Assembly (NCBI GenBank): GCA_038135995.1
Contig: JAYPYO010000003.1
Span: 20,854-84,853 of the forward strand
DNA length: 64,000 nucleotides
Origin: Porticoccaceae bacterium
GTDB taxonomy: Bacteria; Pseudomonadota; Gammaproteobacteria; Pseudomonadales; Porticoccaceae
Reading direction: 5' to 3'
Below the pieces are notes generated by a model. That model did not search any database. It was not told where the DNA came from and saw only the letters and a list, made by a program, of their open reading frames with translations. The position numbers and the translations under genes are program-made. Positions 10,217-19,129 of the stretch are shown here, one piece after another (position 1 is the stretch's first letter; each line of letters starts with the position of its first letter).

Positions 10217-10411
10217 GGGCTATTTGATCCGGCTACAGGGCACGCCATTACTGGATTTATACCAAGACACAATTTTATTAATGGCAACTGGCTACGGCGG
10301 CGAAAAATAGCTTAATAACCCTCAGAGCTGTTGTTCTTTTGCTTCAAAAACAATATGATTTGTATCGTTTTAAGGAAAACAGTTAATTAAAATAATAAAT
10401 GGAGACAAACT

Positions 10412-11977
10412 TTGATATCAGCAACAAAATCTGGCTTTTTGTCAGGCATTCATCCTGTAATGGCTCTGGGCTCTGCGGTTTTAGTTGCGGCGTTTGTTTT
10501 ATTTACCCTGATAAGTCCGGTAACAGCAGATGCTGTTTACAGTGCAGCACGAGACTTTATCGCCGCTGAACTCAGTTGGTACTACATCAGTTTGATGAAT
10601 GTATTTTTGCTGCTGGCCATAGGATTGGTATTTAGCAAGTACGGCAAGATTCGCCTGGGCAAAGATTCCGAAACACCAGAATTCAGTAACTTTGCCTGGT
10701 TCTCCATGCTATTTGGCGCCGGTATTGGTATCGGCATTCTGTTCTGGAGCATTGCCGAGCCCATCTACTATCTGCAAGCCAATCCATTTATTACTGAATC
10801 ACAGGCTATGGGGCCGCAAGCCGCTCAGGTGGCTATGCGTATCACCATATTTCACTGGGGTCTGCACGGCTGGGCTCTCTATGCAATGCTGGGTATGTGC
10901 TTCGCCTATTTCTCCTTCCGCAAAGACTTGCCTCTGTCTATCCGCTCGGCCCTGTACCCTATTTTTGGCGAGCGTATCTATGGGCCCATAGGTCATTTGG
11001 CCGACTTACTGGCGGTGTTGGGCACTGTATTTGGTATAGCCACATCTCTGGGTATGGGAGCACAGCAAATGAATGCTGGTATCCATTATTTACTGGGCGT
11101 CAACATTAGCCTGAGCACCCAGATTCTATTAATTGTGATTATCACTGTGGTGGCTACCATTTCAGTATTAACCGGTGTCAATCGGGGTATTCGCATTCTC
11201 AGTGAACTCAATATGCGACTGACTCTGTTAATCCTGGCGCTATTTCTGGTGTTTGGACCAACCCTCTATCTACTGAGTTCAGTGGTCAGCAATACAGCCG
11301 ACTACCTACTTAATGCCCCTGCATTGGGAGTCTGGTTAGCGCCCGAGCAACACAGCCAGTGGCAGAGCGACTGGACTATTTTTTACTGGGGCTGGTGGCT
11401 TGCCTGGTCGCCATTTACTGGTATTTTTATTGCCCGTATTTCCCGCGGCCGCACTATCAGAGAGTTTCTTATTGGCGTGATTGGCGCACCTGCCGTGCTA
11501 ACCATTCTGTGGATTACACTGTTTGGCAATACAGCTATGTTTATTGAACTCTTTGGTGATGGTGGCGTGACTGCGGCAGTTAATGCAGACCGTACAACTG
11601 CCCTGTTTAAAACCATTGAGCTGCTGGATCTGGGTGCACTGCTCACTGGTCTAATGGCCTCTATCTGCACGGTGATGCTGGTCACTTACTTTGTCACTTC
11701 GGCCGATTCCGCCACCCTGGTGATCTGCACTTTGGTAGCCATGGGCAACAGCAATCCAGGGGCGCGACTGCGCATATTTTGGGGCATGGCAATAGGGGCT
11801 GTAGCCTCGGTACTGCTTTTTGCCGGTGGCCTTAATGCACTGCAAACGGCCTCTATTGCCGCAGCTCTACCTTTCTCCTTTGTTCTGATAATGGCCATCT
11901 ATGGCCTGTGCAAATCTCTCTATGCCGAGGGCCAGAGCCCGCCGGCAAAACCAATAGCGACTAAAGCTGGAGACTGA
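10412..11977 (+). CDS. BCCT-family (betaine/carnitine/choline) transporter, DddT-like DMSP importer by context
   Basis: WFSMLFGAGIGIG, HWGLHGW, WTIFYWGWWLAWSPF, FFVTSADS-like motifs; about 12 TM segments. TTG start with GGAG SD at 10401-10404. Confidence 0.9.
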   Translation: MISATKSGFLSGIHPVMALGSAVLVAAFVLFTLISPVTADAVYSAARDFIAAELSWYYISLMNVFLLLAIGLVFSKYGKIRLGKDSETPEFSNFAWFSMLFGAGIGIGILFWSIAEPIYYLQANPFITESQAMGPQAAQVAMRITIFHWGLHGWALYAMLGMCFAYFSFRKDLPLSIRSALYPIFGERIYGPIGHLADLLAVLGTVFGIATSLGMGAQQMNAGIHYLLGVNISLSTQILLIVIITVVATISVLTGVNRGIRILSELNMRLTLLILALFLVFGPTLYLLSSVVSNTADYLLNAPALGVWLAPEQHSQWQSDWTIFYWGWWLAWSPFTGIFIARISRGRTIREFLIGVIGAPAVLTILWITLFGNTAMFIELFGDGGVTAAVNADRTTALFKTIELLDLGALLTGLMASICTVMLVTYFVTSADSATLVICTLVAMGNSNPGARLRIFWGMAIGAVASVLLFAGGLNALQTASIAAALPFSFVLIMAIYGLCKSLYAEGQSPPAKPIATKAGD

Positions 11978-11979
11978 CT

Positions 11980-13137
11980 ATGTCGACACAAATAATTCTG
12001 CCGCGCATTTTGCAGATTGGTGATGGCGCCAGCCAGGAGGCTGGCAATATTCTCAACAGCCTAGAGTGCCAGCGACCTTTGATTGTTACAGATAGCATGA
12101 TGGTGCAGCTGGGCTATGTTGCCCGCCTGCAGGAGAGCCTTGAAGGCGCGTCTATTGCCTCGGATATTTTTCAGGACACTGTGCCGGAACCCACAGTAAG
12201 CTCGATTCAGGCCGGTGTAGACAGGGTTCGCGATGGCAACTACGACAGCATTATTGCAATCGGCGGTGGCAGCCCCATCGACAGCGCCAAAGCCATTGCT
12301 ATTTTGGGCAAATATGGCGGCGTGATGCGTGACTATAAATTCCCGCGGGTAGTCAATGAGCCGGGACTGCCAATTATCGCCATTCCCACTACTGCCGGCA
12401 CTGGCTCAGAGTGCACCAAGGTTACCATTATTACCGATGAGACCAACGATGAAAAAATGCTCTGCGTTGGCGTGGGCTTTATGCCTACCGCGGCTCTGGT
12501 CGACTACAGCCTGACCCTTAGCCTACCCGCGAGGACCACGGCAGATACAGGCATTGATGCCCTGACCCACGCTATGGAAGCCTATGTCAGTAAAAAGGCC
12601 AGCTTGTACAGCGATAGCCAAGCCATAGCGGCAATGAAACTACTGGCCCCTAATTTACGCAAAGCCTTCCATGATGGCAGTGACCAAAAAGCACGAGAAG
12701 AAATGATGCTTGGGGCAACTCTGGCCGGCGTAGCCTTCTCCAATGCTTCGGTGGCCCTGGTGCATGGCATGTCGCGCCCTATAGGTGCGTTCTATCATGT
12801 GCCCCATGGTCTCTCCAATGCCATGCTTCTACCCATGGTCACTGAGTTTAGTATTCCGGCCGCGCCCGAGCGCTATGCCGACTGTGCCCGTGCCATGGGT
12901 GTGGCTAGTTATTCTGACAGTGATGAACTTGCCAACAGCAAACTGATGGACGAGCTCTATGCTATCAATAAAGAACTACAGGTACCCAGTCCCGAGCAGT
13001 TTGGTATTGATCGCGACCACTTTTTTAATAACTTGCCGGTGATGGCTGAGCAGGCGTTGGCCTCAGGTTCACCCGGCAACAATCCCCGAGTACCCAGCGC
13101 CGATGAGATTATCGAGATCTATCGCAAGCTTTGGTAA
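11980..13137 (+). CDS. Iron-containing alcohol dehydrogenase (DddB-like, probable 3-hydroxypropionate dehydrogenase)
   Basis: GGGSPIDSAK, PTTAGTGSE, DALTHAME, LVHGMS, HGLSNA metal and NAD motifs. Confidence 0.88.
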   Translation: MSTQIILPRILQIGDGASQEAGNILNSLECQRPLIVTDSMMVQLGYVARLQESLEGASIASDIFQDTVPEPTVSSIQAGVDRVRDGNYDSIIAIGGGSPIDSAKAIAILGKYGGVMRDYKFPRVVNEPGLPIIAIPTTAGTGSECTKVTIITDETNDEKMLCVGVGFMPTAALVDYSLTLSLPARTTADTGIDALTHAMEAYVSKKASLYSDSQAIAAMKLLAPNLRKAFHDGSDQKAREEMMLGATLAGVAFSNASVALVHGMSRPIGAFYHVPHGLSNAMLLPMVTEFSIPAAPERYADCARAMGVASYSDSDELANSKLMDELYAINKELQVPSPEQFGIDRDHFFNNLPVMAEQALASGSPGNNPRVPSADEIIEIYRKLW

Positions 13138-13160
13138 AACCACTTTTTGAGGACAGCACA

Positions 13161-14657
13161 ATGACATTAGTAGGACATTTAATAAACGGCCAGATAACCA
13201 ATGGGGGCAAGCGCACTCAGGATGTCTACAATCCATCCACCGGAGAAGTGAGCAAGCAGGTTGCCCTGGCCTCAAAGGCTACAGTGGAAGACGCAATTGC
13301 TGCGGCCGAGGCAGCTTACCCCGAATGGCGCAATACCCCGGCCATCAAACGCGCCCGGGTGATGTTTAAATTTAAGGATTTGCTGGAACAGAATGCCGAA
13401 AAAATCTGCGCATTAATCGGCGAAGAGCACGGTAAGATCAGCCATGATGCCGCGGGCGAACTGCAGCGTGGCATCGAGAATGTGGAGTATGCCTGCTGTG
13501 CGCCCGAGCTGCTAAAAGGCGAGCACAGTAAAAATGTGGCGCCCAATATTGATTCCTGGAGCGAGTTCCAACCGCTTGGAGTAGTGGCAGGTATTACCCC
13601 ATTTAATTTCCCTGCTATGGTCCCTCTGTGGATGTACCCAATGGCCATCGTCTGCGGCAACTGCTTTGTACTCAAACCCTCGGAGCGCGACCCAACTTCC
13701 ACATTGTTTATTGCTGAACTGCTGAAAGAAGCCGGATTGCCCGATGGTGTAATGAATGTGGTCAACGGCGATAAAGAAGCTGTGGACACATTGCTTCACG
13801 ATGAGCGCATCAAGGCAGTGAGCTTTGTTGGCTCCACTCCCATCGCCGAATATATCTATAGCACCGCCAATGCCAACGGCAAGCGCTGCCAGGCCCTGGG
13901 CGGCGCCAAGAACCATGCGATTGTAATGCCAGATGCGGATATGGATAACGCAGTAGCCCAGCTGCTCGGTGCTGCCTTTGGCTCCTCCGGTGAACGCTGC
14001 ATGGCCCTGTCTGTTGCCGTAGCTGTTGGCGATGCCGCGGCAGATGCTCTGGTCAGCAAAATGCAGGAGGCCATGAAAACCCTAAAAATTGGCCCCTGCC
14101 AGGATGCAAATAATGATTTTGGCCCAGTGATTACCCAGCAGCATCAGCAAAAGGTATTTGGCCATATCGACAGTGCCGAACAGCAGGGAGCCGAGGTTGT
14201 AGTCGATGGCCGCAACCCCAGTATTGCGGGCTATGAAAATGGTTTCTATGTGGGTGGCACATTGATTGATCGCGTGACCCCTGATATGGATAGCTACAAT
14301 GCTGAAATCTTTGGTCCTGTGCTTCAGGTGGTGCGTGTCGATACCATGCAGGCGGCCATGGATCTGATTGACGATCACGAGTACGGCAATGGCACCTGTA
14401 TCTTCACCAGAGACGGTGAAGCGGCGCGCTATTTCTCTGATCATATTCAGGTGGGTATGGTGGGCATTAATATTCCTCTGCCTGTGCCCGTGGCCTACCA
14501 CAGTTTTGGTGGCTGGAAGCGCTCATTATTTGGTGATCTCCATGCCTATGGCCCGGATGCTGTACGCTTTTATACCAAGCGCAAAACCATCACTCAGCGC
14601 TGGCCTTCAGCTGGTGTGCGTGAAGGTGCCCAGTTCTCTATGCCAACCATGAGCTAA
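13161..14657 (+). CDS. mmsA: CoA-acylating (methyl)malonate-semialdehyde dehydrogenase (MmsA/DddC)
   Basis: ITPFNFPAMVPLW, LKPSERDP, FVGSTPIAEYIY, GGAKNH, GERCMA, EIFGPVL, SFGGWKRSLFGD. ATG 13161 with GAGGA SD is preferred over the track start at 13131. Confidence 0.92.
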   Translation: MTLVGHLINGQITNGGKRTQDVYNPSTGEVSKQVALASKATVEDAIAAAEAAYPEWRNTPAIKRARVMFKFKDLLEQNAEKICALIGEEHGKISHDAAGELQRGIENVEYACCAPELLKGEHSKNVAPNIDSWSEFQPLGVVAGITPFNFPAMVPLWMYPMAIVCGNCFVLKPSERDPTSTLFIAELLKEAGLPDGVMNVVNGDKEAVDTLLHDERIKAVSFVGSTPIAEYIYSTANANGKRCQALGGAKNHAIVMPDADMDNAVAQLLGAAFGSSGERCMALSVAVAVGDAAADALVSKMQEAMKTLKIGPCQDANNDFGPVITQQHQQKVFGHIDSAEQQGAEVVVDGRNPSIAGYENGFYVGGTLIDRVTPDMDSYNAEIFGPVLQVVRVDTMQAAMDLIDDHEYGNGTCIFTRDGEAARYFSDHIQVGMVGINIPLPVPVAYHSFGGWKRSLFGDLHAYGPDAVRFYTKRKTITQRWPSAGVREGAQFSMPTMS

Positions 14658-14666
14658 TAGATAGCT

Positions 14667-15431
14667 ATGAACACCAGAGAAAAAGGGTCTGCGGTCAGCC
14701 GCGTTATGCAGATTATTGAAGCAGTAGCCAGAGCCGAGCGACCTCCGTCGCCGGCCGATCTGGCCTGCCAGCTGAACATTCCCAAACCAAGCATCCACCG
14801 CCTGTTAAATCAGTTGGAGGATGATGGATTTGTGCAGACTAATCTGCGCGGGCTAATTTTGCCCAGCGCCAAAATGCACAGTATCGCCTGGGGAGTACTG
14901 CACACCGAGCGATTTAGTGCAGCGCGCAGGGCCATACTGCAAGAGCTGACTGAGAAGATTGATGAGACCTGTGGCATCGCCGTGCCCAGAGGGACGGAAA
15001 TGGTGTACTACGATAGGGTGCAGTCAGATTGGCCACTGCAGATTGATCTGCAAGTGGGTAGTCACACTCCCAGCTGGTGCACTGCCAGTGGCAAACTCTA
15101 TCTGAGTTCGCTACCCAGAGAGCGCCGCCGTCGGATTATCGATAAATTGCCCCTGATGCAGTACACGCGCAATACTATTGTTGATACGCAGATTCTGGAA
15201 GCAGAGCTTGAGCAGATAAAAGTAAGTCGCGTGGGAACAGACAATCAAGAGTTTGTCGATGGTATGGTGGCTTGCGCTGTGCCCATAAATGATAGCAGCG
15301 GTAAGCTCTGTGCCTGTCTGTTTACCCATGCTCCGGTGATTCGCAAAAGCTTTGACGAACTAATGGCCTATACGCCGGTTTTAGAAAGCGCCGCGCAAAA
15401 CCTTGGTCAGCTGATTGATCAACCTGATTAA
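14667..15431 (+). CDS. IclR-family transcriptional regulator
   Basis: N-terminal HTH (..LNIPKPSIHRLLNQL), C-terminal HCT-like WCTASGKLYL, DNQEFVDGMVACAVPI. Confidence 0.88.
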   Translation: MNTREKGSAVSRVMQIIEAVARAERPPSPADLACQLNIPKPSIHRLLNQLEDDGFVQTNLRGLILPSAKMHSIAWGVLHTERFSAARRAILQELTEKIDETCGIAVPRGTEMVYYDRVQSDWPLQIDLQVGSHTPSWCTASGKLYLSSLPRERRRRIIDKLPLMQYTRNTIVDTQILEAELEQIKVSRVGTDNQEFVDGMVACAVPINDSSGKLCACLFTHAPVIRKSFDELMAYTPVLESAAQNLGQLIDQPD

Positions 15432-15458
15432 TCAGCAGTCAACCCCCAGGAGATAATC

Positions 15459-16355
15459 ATGAAAAAAAGATTACCGCCTCTCAACTGGCTGCGCTCTTTT
15501 GAGGCTGCCGCCCGACACCTAAACTTTACCCAGGCCGCTGCAGAATTGCATATGACTCAGGCTGCGGTCAGCCAACAGATTAAGGGCCTGGAAACCACGC
15601 TGGGTTGTGCGCTATTTATCCGCCTTGCCCGGGGGCTAGAACTTACTGATGCGGGCCGGGCCTATATCCCCGGCGTGCGGGAGTCCATTGAGAAACTGGC
15701 TGTGGTCACCGATGAGGTATTCGGCAAAGAACGCAGCTACACGCTAACCCTGCGCGTTAATCTGGTGTTTTTTAATACCTGGCTGGCACCCAAACTAGCA
15801 GACTTTCGTCAACGCTATCCAGATATTGATTTGCGTTTTACCAGCAATATCTGGGTCGCTGGTCATGACCGGGAGGCAGATGTTGAAATTCGCTACGGCA
15901 AAGGTTCCTGGCCTGGATTTACCAGCAATCGATTAACCTGGGATGAACTGATCCCGGTGTGTAGCCCTGAACTATTAGATGGTGAGCTCCCCCCAACAGA
16001 CCCTAAAGATCTGAATAACTATAGCTTGCTGCATGTCATTGGCTACGAGGAAGGCTGGGGTTACTGGCTTAATCAGCTGGGCTATCACAGCATTGATGCC
16101 TCCCAGGGTATTCATTTTGATTCTTTGATGACGGCTATGGAAATGGCTGCTCACGGGCATGGAGTTGCCCTCAGCCGAACCTCTTTAATAACGCCTATGG
16201 TAGATTCAGGCCGCTTGATCACGCCGTTTACACAGACTACCGGAACGTCCGAATCGTTCTTTCTGGCTACACCCTCAGATAAGCCAGTTCGATCTCATGT
16301 AGAGCAATTTCGTCAGTGGTTGATCGAAAAATCAGGAATGGAACTAGGCGCTTAA
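15459..16355 (+). CDS. LysR-family regulator, GcvA-like
   Basis: LPPLNWLRSFEAAARHLNFTQAAAELHMTQAAVSQQIK.LE is the GcvA-subfamily N-terminus. Confidence 0.9.
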   Translation: MKKRLPPLNWLRSFEAAARHLNFTQAAAELHMTQAAVSQQIKGLETTLGCALFIRLARGLELTDAGRAYIPGVRESIEKLAVVTDEVFGKERSYTLTLRVNLVFFNTWLAPKLADFRQRYPDIDLRFTSNIWVAGHDREADVEIRYGKGSWPGFTSNRLTWDELIPVCSPELLDGELPPTDPKDLNNYSLLHVIGYEEGWGYWLNQLGYHSIDASQGIHFDSLMTAMEMAAHGHGVALSRTSLITPMVDSGRLITPFTQTTGTSESFFLATPSDKPVRSHVEQFRQWLIEKSGMELGA

Positions 16356-16367
16356 CTAGCAATTGAC

Positions 16368-17099
16368 TTAGTCCCCCGCCCCCGCTCTTGAACTGTCAGT
16401 GGATTCAACTAGAACTCTGGCAACCAGATTATCCAGCTCATGCCACAGACTATCCTCAATCTCGATACCCAGCTCTAACAGCTGGGTGTAGCTGTTAATC
16501 ATAGATTCCGGTGAAATACCGTCGGCCAGCGGACCCGGATGAATAGTCCTGGCAAATCTCTGCTCGATAACAGATAAATCACTGCCTGCAAAGATAATCA
16601 GCGACTGATCAGCGGTAATAGCTGATGGTGAATATCTACTGAGCGAAGGCTGTTTTGCACCAGGCTCTATGCTGAGCTTAAAACCATTCTGCTCCTCAAC
16701 CCAATAAGCCACCAGCGCTGACCCCAGCTGCGCGGCACTAACCAGACGCTGGGCGACAAAACGACGATTGTGACAGTTATTAAGCTGCACCTGACCGCTG
16801 CCATGCTGGCGAGCTAGAGCGCAAGCCAGACGCACGGCCTGACTGCCACACAGCAACACAGAGCTGCTCTGACCATCGAGCACCGCATAGTCATCTCCAT
16901 CGGTAATTAATTTGGCGTGAAGGCACAGGCAATTGTAGAGAGAGGGCAAGGCCTCCCGCAGCTGTTGCAAGCCATTTAAGCCATGCATCTCAGACCAGAT
17001 AACCATGGCCGCCGCGTCCTGATAATCGCCCACGGAAAAGCCCAGACCTTCAAACGCCTTCTTTAGGGACGCAGTCAATTCATTGCGAGAGACTCTCAT
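16368..17099 (-). CDS. DUF3726-like protein (degenerate Ldh_2-fold homolog)
   Basis: Starts MRVSRNELTASLKKAFEGLG at ATG 17099, 4 nt after the upstream stop. The track's extension to 17396 overlaps the upstream gene. The DUF assignment is from recall. Confidence 0.7.
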   Translation of the reverse strand: MRVSRNELTASLKKAFEGLGFSVGDYQDAAAMVIWSEMHGLNGLQQLREALPSLYNCLCLHAKLITDGDDYAVLDGQSSSVLLCGSQAVRLACALARQHGSGQVQLNNCHNRRFVAQRLVSAAQLGSALVAYWVEEQNGFKLSIEPGAKQPSLSRYSPSAITADQSLIIFAGSDLSVIEQRFARTIHPGPLADGISPESMINSYTQLLELGIEIEDSLWHELDNLVARVLVESTDSSRAGAGD

Positions 17100-17103
17100 G
17101 CTG

Positions 17104-18936
17104 TTAGCCGGTGCTGGAATCAGTGTTGCTGGAATCCGGGTTATTGGAAAGCACCGGTTTAATGGGAAACTGCCAGTCGTCAAAGAACGGTTTATCAAAG
17201 TCGCTGATGAGTGGCGCACCCTGAAACATGGTGTTGCGTACCCAGAGGCGAGAACGCGGATCAAATTTGCTAACCCCAAAAAACGACAGCTTGCAGCGCA
17301 GTAGATGGATAGGCAGCACATCGCTGTGCACCAGATTCTCGCGAATATCTCCGTACTGACTCTGAGCCATGGTCTGAATGCGACAGATGGCACCACTCAG
17401 ATTGGGTTGCTGGAGAATAAAATGAGCCACATCCTGCTGCGGAAATTCTGCACTGTGGGCGCAGATTTGGTCGTAACAATCACGCACCATGCGTCCTATA
17501 GCCAGGGGCATTTGTTTTTCCATACCCATATCCACATGAGTTTGCCCAAGTCGTGGCTCCATTTTCTCCTCTGACCTATACCAGAAGGAACCCTGAGACT
17601 CAGCCTGACTAAAATCAATAGCCAGTGCCCAGTCATATTTATCTTCGATAAGCGCCTGTAATTCCACCAGAGACATCTGCGGGATCAGATGCTGATCTTC
17701 ATCAACCGCCATCATTTCTTCAAGCTCATCGACAAGCTCTGGGTACAGCTCAATCAAGAGACTATTGATCACTTCCTGAGTCTCAACATGCCAGCTCTGC
17801 TCGGCATAGCCGACAAGCTCTGCCCAGCTGTAGTGGCTGGCGATAATATTTTTGCCTTCGGCCTGTAACCATTGCCCAAGTTGCTGCAACTCTTCGCGAA
17901 CCAGGCCATTGGAGATATTTTGCTGGGCATCTGCGGTGCTAATTTCGCTCAGGTGCTGAATTACTCTGGCGATAGCAACAGAAAATTTATCCAGGTGAGC
18001 CCTGTCTATACCCTGATCACCAGCAACAATGGCTCGAGCCAGGGCAGTTTCGCGCTGCTCGATCCATTGATTTATCAACAGCGGATGATTAATTAAAAAT
18101 GGCGCCATTCCCAGTCCGGTTGAATTGCCAATACCAAAGTAGCGTTTGATATCGTCATCCAGTTTTACGGCAGTCTTGGGCGCGCGCTGAGAGGCTATGT
18201 AATCCGCATGCTGCAAACTGAAGTGCCGCAGCATAAAGCAGGTAAACATTTCTGCGGCAAAGGGGCGGGCAAAATCACGATGTTTGGTGCGCACCTTTTC
18301 CCAGTCGGCCATACCCAGCTTGCCGCTGCCATAGGCGGCGGTGGTGCGATAGAGATAGCCGACCTCGGCAATCACATCCACATCTGGCTGACGACCACTA
18401 GCCAACTCATCAACTACATAGTCAAAAGTGCGGCCACTGCGATTACCCCGCGACAACACAAATACTCGGGAATCAACCCGCCCTGCCTCTTGCTTGGGAA
18501 CATTATTGCGCAGAAATTCAAGCTGTTCGGCATCCACTGTGCCTTCGCAGAGTGCCATGGTCAGGTCCCACTGATTGGCGATTACCCGATCATTGCGATT
18601 TTCCGGATCAAGGTAGTGGGAAAACAACACATAGCTGTAGGTACCATATCTGGCTTTGACTTCGTAAACAGCGGTACCATAGCCCTCTTTATCCAGATCA
18701 AAAACACTGGTTTTGATCTGCCAGTTTTCCTGCACCATGCGGCGCACTAATGTGCGCATAAAACTCAGACGCGACTGGTGAAAACTACCCAACCTGTTCA
18801 GCTGCATTACCTGGCTTGCAGGGCGCATTGGCAGCCCAGCGTTGCGGCTGTCACTGTTGCTGCGGCCTGCTTTAGGGCTACTGCCATGACTATGATCATG
18901 GCTGGAGGTGGCAGTTGATCTGTATGAGGAATGCAC
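17104..18936 (-). CDS. Conserved hypothetical protein (610 aa, no recognisable domain)
   Basis: Long operonic ORF with conserved-looking blocks RLGSFHQSRLSFMR, GYLYRTTAAYGSGKLG, GIGNSTGLGMAPFL, LRCKLSFFG..KFDPRS..WVR.TMFQGAP. Start is GTG 18936 or ATG 18828. Confidence 0.8.
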   Translation of the reverse strand: MHSSYRSTATSSHDHSHGSSPKAGRSNSDSRNAGLPMRPASQVMQLNRLGSFHQSRLSFMRTLVRRMVQENWQIKTSVFDLDKEGYGTAVYEVKARYGTYSYVLFSHYLDPENRNDRVIANQWDLTMALCEGTVDAEQLEFLRNNVPKQEAGRVDSRVFVLSRGNRSGRTFDYVVDELASGRQPDVDVIAEVGYLYRTTAAYGSGKLGMADWEKVRTKHRDFARPFAAEMFTCFMLRHFSLQHADYIASQRAPKTAVKLDDDIKRYFGIGNSTGLGMAPFLINHPLLINQWIEQRETALARAIVAGDQGIDRAHLDKFSVAIARVIQHLSEISTADAQQNISNGLVREELQQLGQWLQAEGKNIIASHYSWAELVGYAEQSWHVETQEVINSLLIELYPELVDELEEMMAVDEDQHLIPQMSLVELQALIEDKYDWALAIDFSQAESQGSFWYRSEEKMEPRLGQTHVDMGMEKQMPLAIGRMVRDCYDQICAHSAEFPQQDVAHFILQQPNLSGAICRIQTMAQSQYGDIRENLVHSDVLPIHLLRCKLSFFGVSKFDPRSRLWVRNTMFQGAPLISDFDKPFFDDWQFPIKPVLSNNPDSSNTDSSTG

Positions 18937-19014
18937 GGGCGGTACCTATAAAAATAGTGATCATGGACCACTGTTTCGACCTGAAATTTTCGGCTATTTT
19001 AGGCCTAGTACTAC

Positions 19015-19090
19015 CCCCAGACTTAACTAAAAACGACACAGAAAGCGCGGTTACGACATAGATATTTTTCGCAGTTAACTGGGGTTTTTT
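19015..19090. repeat. Intergenic imperfect inverted repeat / structured element
   Basis: CCCCAG(AC)TTAACT-AAAAA ... TTTTT(CGC)-AGTTAACTGGGG followed by T6 on the plus strand. Confidence 0.35.
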
Positions 19091-19129
19091 ATAACTTTTT
19101 GAACCTGTTATGGGCAACCTATTGTCTGG

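Noticed and set aside
17100-17396. 99-aa N-terminal extension of the DUF3726 ORF
   Set aside because: It overlaps the 3' end of the 610-aa gene in another frame. ATG 17099 gives tight operon spacing.
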